NCBI GenBank assembly: GCA_040878325.1
Contig: JBBDMM010000009.1
Location: 54,131 to 74,130, forward strand
Direction: 5' to 3'
DNA: 20,000 nucleotides
Source of the DNA: Acidimicrobiia bacterium
GTDB taxonomy: Bacteria; Actinomycetota; Acidimicrobiia; Spongiisociales; UBA11373
This document shows, piece after piece, positions 8,050 through 15,959 of this stretch. The first letter of the stretch is position 1; every line of letters begins with the position of its first letter. Both the position numbers and the translations under genes were made by a program. The notes under the pieces were generated by a model. That model ran no database searches and was not told where the DNA came from. It was given only the letters and a program-made list of their open reading frames with translations.

Positions 8050-8799
8050 ATGATCGGATTCTTCGACTCCGGCGTTGGCGGTCTCGCAGTTCTCCGCGAG
8101 GTGACGATGCTGCTGCCCTCCGCCGACATCGTGTATCTGGCCGACCAAGGCAACGCCCCGTACGGCCAGCGGTCCATCGCCCAGGTACGGGAGTTCTCCG
8201 AGCAGGCCACCGAACGGCTCGTCGACCGGGGTGCCGACACCGTGGTGATCGCCTGCAACACCGCTTCGGCGGCGGCGCTCCAGCACCTACGGGATCAGCA
8301 CTCCGAGATTCCCTTCGTCGGCATGGAGCCAGCGGTGAAGCCCGCGGTGGCCGCAACTCGATCGGGTGTGGTGGGGGTGCTCGCGACCCCGACCACCTTC
8401 GCCGCCTCGGTCTTGGGGGACTTGGTGGGCCGGTTCTCTGAGGGGATCAAAGTGATCGCCCACCCGTGCCCCGGGTGGGCGGAAGCGGTGGAGGACGGCT
8501 GGGACGGCTCGGGCCCTGAGATCGCGGCCCACCTCGCCCCGTTGATCGACCAGGGAGTCGACACGCTGGTGATCGCTTGCACCCACTACTCCTTCCTCGC
8601 CGGCGCCATATCAGCGGCTGCTCCTGGCGTCACGGTGATCGATCCCGCCGGCGCGGTCGCCCGGCAGGTGGTTCGTGTCGCCGGCGACTCCCCCGGTTCT
8701 GGCGACGCCACCTACCTCACCACCGGTGATCCAGCCCGCTTCGCCTCCCAGGTGGAACGCCTGCTGGGCGCGACGATCGACGTGACCGCGGTCGCCTGA
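8050..8799 (+). CDS. murI: Glutamate racemase
   Basis: IGFFDSGVGG, PYG, IACNTAS, EPAVKPA and ACTHY; both catalytic Cys are present. Confidence 0.96.
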   Translation: MIGFFDSGVGGLAVLREVTMLLPSADIVYLADQGNAPYGQRSIAQVREFSEQATERLVDRGADTVVIACNTASAAALQHLRDQHSEIPFVGMEPAVKPAVAATRSGVVGVLATPTTFAASVLGDLVGRFSEGIKVIAHPCPGWAEAVEDGWDGSGPEIAAHLAPLIDQGVDTLVIACTHYSFLAGAISAAAPGVTVIDPAGAVARQVVRVAGDSPGSGDATYLTTGDPARFASQVERLLGATIDVTAVA

Positions 8800-8821
8800 C
8801 AGCCCGGGGCACAATGCTCCG

Positions 8822-9874
8822 GTGCTGGAACGCATCCGATCCGAGATCGCCGCGCACGGACCGCTGCCATTCGACCACTTCATGACGCTTGCCCTTTACG
8901 ACCCCGACGGGGGTTACTTCGCCGCGTCGACGACCCTGCGGTCCTCCGAGGAGGGCGACTTCCTCACCAGCCCGGAGGTGAGCCCCTTGTTCGGAGGCAC
9001 CGTCGCTCACTTTGTGGCATCCGAGGTGGAGCGGGTCGGGCCGCTCACTCTGGTCGAGGCCGGGGCGGGTTCGGGCGCCCTGCTCCGCGCCGTGCTCGAG
9101 GAGTTGGCCGAGGCGCCTGCGGCCGTGTTTGCCGTGGAGGTGTCGGCGGCCGCCACCGAACGCCTCGGTGGCTCGGTGCCGGAGGCCATTGTCGTCGCCG
9201 ACCTGGCCCAGGTCCCTCGAGGGGGCGCGGCCGTGGTCATCGCCAACGAGTTGATCGACAATCTGCCCGCAGCGGTGGCAGTGCGACGGGGAGCAGGTTG
9301 GACCGAGCAAGTCATCGACCTCGAAGACGCCGGTCTGATGACGAAGGAGGTGCCGGCGCGCCGCGAGGTCGCTTCCTGGGCCGACGCGTTCGCGGGACCG
9401 GTGGTCGAGGGTGACCTGGTGGAGGTGCAAGTCGTCGCCGGCGAATGGATTACGACCGCATTGGGGCGGTTCGATGTCGGTTCGGTGGTGGTGTTCGACT
9501 ACGGCGAGACGGCAGACGGGTTGAGCCACCGGCGAGCCCAGGGCACCGTGAGGACCTACCGGTCACATCATCTCGGCCCGGATCCGTTGCTCACACCCGG
9601 TGAGACGGACATCACCATGGACGTGAACTTCACCGCCCTGGCGGCGGCGGCCGAATCCGCCGGAGCCACGGTCACCGTCGAGCGGCAAGACGACTTCCTG
9701 ACTCGGTGGGGCCTGCGCGACACACTGCGAGGGCTGCGCGAAGCCGAGCTGGATGCCGCCCGCACAGGCCGAACCATGGAGCGGCTGACCCTGCGCAGCC
9801 AGCTCACCGGAGCAGAAGCACTGCTGCATCCGAGGGGTCTCGGTGATTTCAGAGTGCTGGTAGCGAGTAAATGA
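8822..9874 (+). CDS. SAM-dependent methyltransferase, MidA/NDUFAF7 (DUF185) family
   Basis: FMTLALYDP.GGY, GDFLTSPEVSPLFG, EAGAGSG, ANELIDNLP, DYG and PGETDIT.DVNF motifs. Confidence 0.9.
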   Translation: MLERIRSEIAAHGPLPFDHFMTLALYDPDGGYFAASTTLRSSEEGDFLTSPEVSPLFGGTVAHFVASEVERVGPLTLVEAGAGSGALLRAVLEELAEAPAAVFAVEVSAAATERLGGSVPEAIVVADLAQVPRGGAAVVIANELIDNLPAAVAVRRGAGWTEQVIDLEDAGLMTKEVPARREVASWADAFAGPVVEGDLVEVQVVAGEWITTALGRFDVGSVVVFDYGETADGLSHRRAQGTVRTYRSHHLGPDPLLTPGETDITMDVNFTALAAAAESAGATVTVERQDDFLTRWGLRDTLRGLREAELDAARTGRTMERLTLRSQLTGAEALLHPRGLGDFRVLVASK

Positions 9875-9877
9875 ATC

Positions 9878-9920
9878 GCTACCCGCTACCGGCTACCGGC
9901 AAGAATCAGAAATCAAGAAC
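9878..9920 (+). repeat. Heptamer-repeat element (GCTACC[C/G])3-GC-AAGAATC-AGAAATC-AAGAAC
   Basis: Read directly; same 43-nt architecture as the reverse complement of 2312-2354. Confidence 0.7.
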
Positions 9921-9934
9921 GCGTCGGGCCTCCC

Positions 9935-9960
9935 GGAATCTCTCCGAACCCCCCGCCGTT
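9935..9960 (+). promoter_or_regulatory. SigR/SigH-type promoter GGAAT-N18-GTT upstream of htpX
   Basis: GGAAT at 9935-9939 and GTT at 9958-9960 match the Streptomyces SigR consensus spacing. Confidence 0.65.
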
Positions 9961-9972
9961 ACTCTTCTCACG

Positions 9973-10842
9973 ATGCGTAACAACTTCAAGACGATGGTTC
10001 TGATGGCGGGGCTCGGGGCTCTCTTTGTCCTGGTCGGTCAGTTGCTCGGGGGTACCAGTGGCGCGATCACGGCTCTGGTGATCGCCGGGCTCATCAACTT
10101 CGGGATGTACTTTTTCTCGCACAAGATCGCCCTCGCTTCGGCGAAGGCCAAGCCGGCGGAGGAGAAGGATCTACCCAACGTCTACTCGATCGTGCGTTCG
10201 CTGGCTCAGCGCGAGAACATGCCGATGCCCAAGATCTATCTGATCGACTCACCGCAGCCCAATGCATTCGCCACGGGCCGCAACCCGAAGAACGCTGCGG
10301 TCGCGGTCACCTCGGGGATCTTGACCCTGATGGACCACTCCGAGCTCGAAGGCGTGCTGGCCCACGAGCTGTCGCACGTCAAGAACCGCGACATCCTCAT
10401 CTCGACGATCGCCGCGACCGTGGCCGTCGCCTTATCGTTCCTGACGAGGATCGCTTTTTGGACCGGCGGCGATCGTCGTCGCAACGACCCCATCTCCGGG
10501 GTGATCATGATCGCGTCGCTCATCCTTGCTCCGCTGGCGGCCATGGTCATCCAGATGGCGATCAGCCGGTCGCGCGAGTACCAGGCCGATCGGAGCGGGG
10601 CGGAGATCACCGGGTCTCCACTCAATCTGGCGCGTGCCCTGGAGAAGCTCGAGGCCGGTACGGCCAAGATCCCCATGCAGGTGAACCCTTCCACCGCCCA
10701 GCTGTTTATCGCCGATCCGTTGAAGGCCTTCGGGCGGAGCGGCTCGACCGGCGGCCTGGCCCGGATGTTCTCGACTCACCCCCCGATTACCGAGCGCGTT
10801 CGGCGGCTCACCGACATGGCCCAAAGCGGGATCATTCGGTAA
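9973..10842 (+). CDS. htpX: Zinc metalloprotease HtpX (M48 family)
   Basis: PNAFATGRNP, HELSH (HExxH), SRSREYQAD and FSTHPP motifs. True start is probably MRNNFKT at 9973. Confidence 0.95.
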   Translation: MRNNFKTMVLMAGLGALFVLVGQLLGGTSGAITALVIAGLINFGMYFFSHKIALASAKAKPAEEKDLPNVYSIVRSLAQRENMPMPKIYLIDSPQPNAFATGRNPKNAAVAVTSGILTLMDHSELEGVLAHELSHVKNRDILISTIAATVAVALSFLTRIAFWTGGDRRRNDPISGVIMIASLILAPLAAMVIQMAISRSREYQADRSGAEITGSPLNLARALEKLEAGTAKIPMQVNPSTAQLFIADPLKAFGRSGSTGGLARMFSTHPPITERVRRLTDMAQSGIIR

Positions 10843-10865
10843 CTGCCGAGCAAACGAGATAAGTG

Positions 10866-10896
10866 AGAGGGGGCCGGGTGAATCCCGGCCCCCTCT
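10866..10896. terminator. GC-rich hairpin, probable bidirectional terminator
   Basis: Perfect 13-bp stem AGAGGGGGCCGGG / CCCGGCCCCCTCT with a 5-nt loop, between convergent genes. Confidence 0.75.
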
Positions 10897-10922
10897 TCTA
10901 CCCCACGGTTCACTCCTCGCAG

Positions 10923-11972
10923 CTACTCGCCTCCCGCCTGACTGGCCGGAGCCGGAGCCGGAGCAGGGGCCGGCAAGGGCGACCCCGAGTCACCCTTGCC
11001 ATTCAGCATCCAGAACGCCCCGGTCGTCACTGCGCCGGCTACTCCGAACCAGAGCAGCACTTCGTTGGCACCGATCCCGTCGTGGACGAGTGTGATCAAC
11101 TGGAAGATCACCACGATCATCCCGACTGACCCGACCGCGGCCAACACCGAGGTACCCCACTGCCGGGCACCCCAGAGGTAGGCGAGAACGAGACCGAGTG
11201 AGAGGACGAGCCATCCATCCGCGGTCGAGAACAGCGCGATCGAGAACAGCATCGCGTACACCGCGCCGATGAAGAACGCCGCATTTCGCGGGCCTACTCC
11301 GCCGGTGCGGGCGAGCCAGATCCATGTCAGCCCGAGGCCGACACTTGCCAGGAACGAGATCCAACTGCCGAGGTCGGGCGATGCCCCGAGTGCGGCCGTC
11401 AGCACCAGGTCGCTCACCTCGGTGGGTTCCTCCACCTGGACGAGCACGAGGATCGCGGAGAGGACCCTCGTCGCCACTGCGAACAGCGCAAGCAACGTCG
11501 GCACCGATCGCAGCCTGCCGTATCCGATCAGGGCCACGACCGCTGAAGGGATCACCACCACGAGCGGGGTGAAGTCACCGATGTCCAGGTCGAGCATGAG
11601 CAGTCCCGTCGCGACGGTTGCCAGCGACCAACCCAGAAGCATCAGGAACCCCGAGCTGCGGCGGACGGCGCCGGCCCGGTCGGCGAATCGGTAACCGGTA
11701 CCGAACACGATCGCGGCGCCGAGCAGGGCGACCCCACCGCCTTGCAGGTGGTCGTAGTCGCCGGTGAGGAGCGCGAACGTCGGGTCGTCGGGAAACATCA
11801 CCTTGACGACTGCCGCGAATGTGGCGATGAAGAGGGCGATGGCTCCGATGTAACCGAGCATTTCGGCGGTCCTCGGCCCACCCGGCTTGTCGGGAGGCGC
11901 ATCGCCGTGAAGGCGCTCCGCCTGCTCGAAAGAGATGACCCCCCGGTCGACCAAGCGGTCCCTGTCAGTCAT
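10923..11972 (-). CDS. Multi-pass membrane protein, possibly DUF2157-like
   Basis: About 10 TM segments; N-terminal RLVDRGVISFEQAERL; SD AGGGGAG just before ATG 11972. Confidence 0.7.
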   Translation of the reverse strand: MTDRDRLVDRGVISFEQAERLHGDAPPDKPGGPRTAEMLGYIGAIALFIATFAAVVKVMFPDDPTFALLTGDYDHLQGGGVALLGAAIVFGTGYRFADRAGAVRRSSGFLMLLGWSLATVATGLLMLDLDIGDFTPLVVVIPSAVVALIGYGRLRSVPTLLALFAVATRVLSAILVLVQVEEPTEVSDLVLTAALGASPDLGSWISFLASVGLGLTWIWLARTGGVGPRNAAFFIGAVYAMLFSIALFSTADGWLVLSLGLVLAYLWGARQWGTSVLAAVGSVGMIVVIFQLITLVHDGIGANEVLLWFGVAGAVTTGAFWMLNGKGDSGSPLPAPAPAPAPASQAGGE

Positions 11973-12134
11973 GATCTCCCCTGGTAGGTGGCGGGGCACA
12001 GCCTATCGGCCGCGCCCCCAGACCTTCGACGCTGGCCGTTCAGGTGAGGCCGCCTCGGGAAGGTTCGGATCGATCGACGTGTTGCGACACCGGGCAGGAG
12101 GTGCTCGAGCCTGGCACTATCCTCCGCGCCTTCC

Positions 12135-12217
12135 GGGGGGCTGCCCGAGCGGCCAAAGGGAGCAGACTGTAAATCTGCCGGCTAACGCCTACGGAGGTTC
12201 AAATCCTTCGCCCCCCA
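12135..12217 (+). tRNA. tRNA-Tyr (GTA)
   Basis: GGGGGGC/GCCCCCC acceptor stem, GCAGA-CTGTAAA-TCTGC anticodon arm, long variable arm, GGTTCAAATCC. No encoded CCA. Confidence 0.97.
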
Positions 12218-12316
12218 CGGCGGCCTTCGTTCGCCGCCTTACCGGCGGCGAACTTGCCCCCTGCTGCTCAGCGGCCGCTGGGCGCTGAGCATTGACTATC
12301 CTGCCGACGCCTACGC

Positions 12317-12388
<72 letters not shown>

Positions 12389-12418
12389 CAGGCGGCGACG
12401 GTATTGTGCTGTCGCCGA

Positions 12419-12490
12419 GGCGGCGTAGCTCAGAGGTAGAGCACCCGGCTCATAATCGGGTAGTCGGTGGTTCGAGTCCACCCGCCGCTA
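12419..12490 (+). tRNA. tRNA-Met (CAT), elongator type
   Basis: GGCGGCG/CGCCGCT acceptor stem and CCCGG-CTCATAA-TCGGG anticodon arm. It lacks the initiator C1:A72 mismatch. Confidence 0.93.
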
Positions 12491-12535
12491 CGCACCCGGC
12501 AACGTCGGATCGACACAACGAGGAGATCGGAACCC

Positions 12536-13729
12536 ATGGGTAAGGAGAAGTTTGAGCGGTCGAAGCCGCATGTGAATGTGGGGACGATGGGTCATATTGA
12601 TCATGGGAAGACGACGTTGACTGCTGCGATCACGAAGGTGTTGGCGGAGTCGGGGGTGGGTGGGTCGAATCGGTTTACGGCGTTTGATGAGATTGATAAG
12701 GCGCCGGAGGAGCGTGAGCGGGGTATCACGATTGCGATTGCGCATGTGGAGTATGAGACGGCGAATCGTCATTATGCGCATGTGGATATGCCGGGTCATG
12801 CGGATTATGTGAAGAACATGATTACGGGTGCGGCGCAGGTGGATGGTGCGATTCTGGTGGTGTCGGCGGCGGATGGTCCGATGCCGCAGACTCGGGAGCA
12901 TGTGTTGTTGGCTCGGCAGGTGGGGGTGCCGTTCATTGTGGTGTTCTTGAACAAGGTGGACATGGTCGATGATCCCGAGCTTCTTGATCTGGTGGAGTTG
13001 GAGGTGCGGGATTTGTTGACGGAGTATGAGTATCCGGGTGATGAGGTGCCGGTGGTGCGGGGTTCGGCGTTGAAGGCGTTGGAGGGTGATGGGGAGGCTG
13101 CGGGTCAGGTGATGGAGTTGATGGCGGCGGTGGATTCGTATATCCCGGAGCCGGAGCGGGATGTGGATAAGCCGTTCCAGATGCCGATCGAGGACGTGTT
13201 TTCGATTACGGGTCGGGGGACGGTGGTGACTGGTCGGGTGGAGCAGGGGATTTTGCGGGTGGGGGCGGAGGCGGAGATTGTGGGGATCCGGGCGACGCAG
13301 AAGACGACGGTGACTGGGGTTGAGATGTTCCGCAAGTTGTTGGATGAGGCGCGGGCTGGCGACAACGTGGGGCTTCTCCTGCGGGGGATTGGTAAGGAGG
13401 ATGTGGAGCGGGGTCAGGTGGTGTGTGCGCCTGGGTCGATTACTCCTCATACCGATTTCTCGGCGCAGGTGTATGTGTTGACGAAGGAGGAGGGGGGGCG
13501 TCATAACCCGTTCTTCTCGGGGTATCGGCCGCAGTTCTATTTCCGGACGACGGATATCACTGGTTCGATCACGTTGCCGGAGGGGACGCAGATGGTGATG
13601 CCGGGTGACAACACGGAGATGACGGTGGAGTTGATCCACGCGATCGCGATGGAAGATGGTTTGCGGTTCGCGATCCGTGAGGGTGGCCGCACCGTCGGCG
13701 CCGGCCGCGTCGTCAAGATCATCAAGTAA
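12536..13729 (+). CDS. tuf: Elongation factor Tu
   Basis: [19 protein letters not shown] and NKVD motifs, C-terminal [17 protein letters not shown] at 12521-12525. Confidence 0.99.
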   Translation: MGKEKFERSKPHVNVGTMGHIDHGKTTLTAAITKVLAESGVGGSNRFTAFDEIDKAPEERERGITIAIAHVEYETANRHYAHVDMPGHADYVKNMITGAAQVDGAILVVSAADGPMPQTREHVLLARQVGVPFIVVFLNKVDMVDDPELLDLVELEVRDLLTEYEYPGDEVPVVRGSALKALEGDGEAAGQVMELMAAVDSYIPEPERDVDKPFQMPIEDVFSITGRGTVVTGRVEQGILRVGAEAEIVGIRATQKTTVTGVEMFRKLLDEARAGDNVGLLLRGIGKEDVERGQVVCAPGSITPHTDFSAQVYVLTKEEGGRHNPFFSGYRPQFYFRTTDITGSITLPEGTQMVMPGDNTEMTVELIHAIAMEDGLRFAIREGGRTVGAGRVVKIIK

Positions 13730-13730
13730 C

Positions 13731-13770
13731 CCAGCCACAGCCACAGCCCCAGCAAGACAAGAACAGAGAA
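13731..13770 (+). repeat. Hexamer array (CAGCCA)n ending GCAAGACAAGAAC
   Basis: Read directly, immediately after the tuf stop codon. Confidence 0.6.
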
Positions 13771-13781
13771 GAGTTTTCTAG

Positions 13782-13943
13782 ATGCCTAGTGACAAGCGGC
13801 CTCCGATCACGCTCGCGTGCGAGTCGTGCAAACGCCGCAACTACGTGACGAACAAGAACAAGACGAATACGCGCGATCGGCTCGAGCTGAAGAAGTTCTG
13901 CCGCTGGTGCCGCGAGCACACGGCTCACAAAGAGACCCGGTAG
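13782..13943 (+). CDS. rpmG: 50S ribosomal protein L33, Zn-binding (C+) form
   Basis: Not in the ORF track. Manual translation: [53 protein letters not shown], with two CxxC motifs. Confidence 0.97.
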   Translation: MPSDKRPPITLACESCKRRNYVTNKNKTNTRDRLELKKFCRWCREHTAHKETR

Positions 13944-14018
13944 TGGGCCGGGCGACCTGATGGTCGGCGCCCTCCCGCCACCCGGTACTCGCCATTCGTC
14001 GCCAGCCGAGGTCCGCCG

Positions 14019-14879
14019 ATGAGCCACCTCGCCGGCCTGGTCGGCCATTCCTACGGGCCGTTCACGGTTGAGGTGACCGCCGATCGGGTGGCCGAGTTCG
14101 CCGACGCCACCGGTGACGACGCCGCCAGGTGGGTGGAGCATGCGCCTCCGCTGTTCGCCAATGTCGCCCTGTTCGCGGCGGCTCCAGCGTTTCTCGAAGA
14201 CCCGGCGGTGGTGCCGTTCACTACGTCGTTGATTCACTCCGAGCAGTCGTTCGAGTGGCATCGCAGCCTGCAGGTTGGTGAGCGGCTTCGAATAGTGGGC
14301 AAGGTCGAGGGGGCCAAGGCCCGGTCGGGGCTGAACCTCGTCACGTTCGGCCTGCAAGCCGAATCGGATGCCGGCGAGTGGCTCGACGGGAGGGCAGTGT
14401 TCGTGATGGCCGACGCGGCCGCGGGCGCCCTCCCCGAGCAACCCGAGCCCGCGGTCGGGGAACGACCGGCGACCGACCCGCCCGCACCGTCGAGGCCACT
14501 GCCGATTGAAGGGGAGCCGATCGTCCCGCTGAACGCGGGCGCATCCCGCCTCGACCTGGTGCACTATGCCGCAGCCACCCGCGACTGGAATCCGATTCAT
14601 TGGGATCACGATTCGGCCCGCGCCGCCGGTTTGTCAGGGACGATCGTCCATGGCCTGCTCATGGCGGCATGGATGGGCCGGGCCGCGGCTCGTTACTCGC
14701 CGAACGCCCACTCGCTGGCGGCGATGAGCGTGCGGTTTCGTAAGCCGTTGCGACCGGCCGAGCCGGCGACGGTCACCGGCACCGTCGGCGCAATCGCTGC
14801 TGACGGAGCCGATATCGATCTGGTCCTCGAATCCGGGGGAGACCGGCTGGTGACGGGCCGCGCCCGGGTAACGCGATGA
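14019..14879 (+). CDS. Double hotdog MaoC-type (3R)-hydroxyacyl dehydratase, HadA/HadB-like fusion
   Basis: N-terminal VAEFADATGD and LIHSEQSFEWHRSL (HadA-like); C-terminal YAAATRDWNPIHWD..A and HG (hydratase-2 motif, HadB-like). Sits after rpmG as hadAB does. Confidence 0.85.
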   Translation: MSHLAGLVGHSYGPFTVEVTADRVAEFADATGDDAARWVEHAPPLFANVALFAAAPAFLEDPAVVPFTTSLIHSEQSFEWHRSLQVGERLRIVGKVEGAKARSGLNLVTFGLQAESDAGEWLDGRAVFVMADAAAGALPEQPEPAVGERPATDPPAPSRPLPIEGEPIVPLNAGASRLDLVHYAAATRDWNPIHWDHDSARAAGLSGTIVHGLLMAAWMGRAAARYSPNAHSLAAMSVRFRKPLRPAEPATVTGTVGAIAADGADIDLVLESGGDRLVTGRARVTR

Positions 14880-15424
14880 CCGGGGGCGGGGTCCAACGCG
14901 ACGAGGCCGAGCTCATCGAGGCCGCCCGGGGTGGTGACTCGGATGCATTCGGAGAACTCGTCTGGAGGTATCGAAACAGCGTGTACACGCTTGCCGTCAG
15001 GCTCGTCGGTCCCGACCTCGCCCCCGATGTGACCCAGGAGGCGCTGATTCGCGCCTGGCGTGCCATGCCGCGGTTTCGGGGCGACGCCGCACTGGGAACC
15101 TGGCTGCATCGGATCACAGTCAATACGGCGTGGACCCTTCGCAAACGAGCCAACCGGCACGAGGTGCAGCAGCTCGACGAGATGCTGATCGACCCTGCCA
15201 CCGGCCCGGAGCGAGCGGGGGAGCTGGCGGAGGTGAGAGCGGAACTCGGTTCGGCGATCAACCAGTTGAGCCCCGGTCAGCGAGCGGTGCTCGTGTTGCG
15301 GGACGTCTATGGGTGGAGCCACGCCGAGGTCGGGCGCGAGCTCGGCATCACCCAGACCACTGCGAAGGTGAGGTTGCATCGGGCGCGCAAGCGGGTTCGG
15401 TCGATCCTCGAGGGGTCGGAATGA
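14876..15424 (+). CDS. ECF-family RNA polymerase sigma factor
   Basis: Region 2 (DVTQEALIRAW, FRGDAALGTWLHRITVN) and region 4 (LSPGQRAVLVLRD..G.SHAEVG, KVRLHRAR). Confidence 0.93.
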   Translation: MTGGGVQRDEAELIEAARGGDSDAFGELVWRYRNSVYTLAVRLVGPDLAPDVTQEALIRAWRAMPRFRGDAALGTWLHRITVNTAWTLRKRANRHEVQQLDEMLIDPATGPERAGELAEVRAELGSAINQLSPGQRAVLVLRDVYGWSHAEVGRELGITQTTAKVRLHRARKRVRSILEGSE

Positions 15425-15759
15425 GCGCTCTCATCTGTCGACTGGTTTCGACGGTCCCGCCTGACACGCCTCTGAATCGAGTATTGGAAGCCCACCGCGA
15501 ACAGTGCCTCCGATGCCAGGCCGATGTCGCCCGTTCGACCGGCATGTCCCGCGACCTCTCCTCGATCGGGCATGAGACCCTCGTTGCCCCCGAGGGGCTG
15601 GCCACGACCGTGATGTCGCGGCTTCCCTTCCAGGATGGCTCGGATCCACGACGACCCCTGGTGGTCCGCCTCGCAGTCCGCTACTCGGTCGCCGCAGCGA
15701 TAGCCGTAGCAACGGCAGCAGCCCTGATTGCCCACGCCCTCGCAAAGCGAGAGCACTGA
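15421..15759 (+). CDS. Putative zinc-binding (ZAS) membrane-anchored anti-sigma factor
   Basis: ATGA overlap with the sigma gene; HREQCLRC matches Hx3Cx2C; C-terminal hydrophobic helix; 112 aa. Confidence 0.75.
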   Translation: MSALICRLVSTVPPDTPLNRVLEAHREQCLRCQADVARSTGMSRDLSSIGHETLVAPEGLATTVMSRLPFQDGSDPRRPLVVRLAVRYSVAAAIAVATAAALIAHALAKREH

Positions 15760-15767
15760 GTTCTCTC

Positions 15768-15848
15768 GGCTCCGGCTACAGCCACAGCCACAGCCAGACC
15801 GAGCCCCCCCACCAATCTGCTTCTGACTCTGGCCGTGGCTGTGGCCGG
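15768..15848. repeat. Inverted pair of hexamer arrays (AGCCAC)n ... (GTGGC[C/T])n
   Basis: GGCTCC GGCTAC AGCCAC AGCCAC AGCCAG, then TTCTGACTCTGGCCGTGGCTGTGGCCGG. Confidence 0.65.
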
Positions 15849-15959
15849 TTGGCTCACGGCCATGGTTGGAGGCCCTCCCAAAGTGTGCAGTGAGGGTTTC
15901 CCGGCCTACAATGCCCGCCGTTCGCCTCCTAGGCTCGCGCGCGGGATCGAACACCCCAA

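Noticed and set aside
9871..9972. N-terminal extension of HtpX in the ORF track
   Set aside because: It spans the repeat element and the promoter; HtpX-like sequence begins at 9973.
10945..10975. GCCGGA hexamer repeat
   Set aside because: It encodes the PAPAPA tail of the membrane protein and is most simply coding low complexity.
12135..12217. tRNA genes as integration sites of a prophage or island
   Set aside because: No integrase and no duplicated tRNA 3' end is visible in the window.
12419..12490. tRNA(CAT) as initiator or lysidine tRNA-Ile2
   Set aside because: The G1:U72 pair and GGCGG acceptor stem, and the lack of the initiator GGG/CCC pairs next to the anticodon loop, fit elongator Met.
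12467..12535. Extended ORF starts for tuf (also 17651 for rplA, 2316 for the lipoprotein, 15130 for the anti-sigma)
   Set aside because: They overlap a tRNA, leader RNA, repeat or upstream gene, and better-supported starts lie downstream.
12488..13744. 418-aa His/Arg-rich antisense ORF over tuf
   Set aside because: Shadow of tuf. Its H/R/L/P-rich composition mirrors the G/T skew of the sense strand and it has no recognisable domain.
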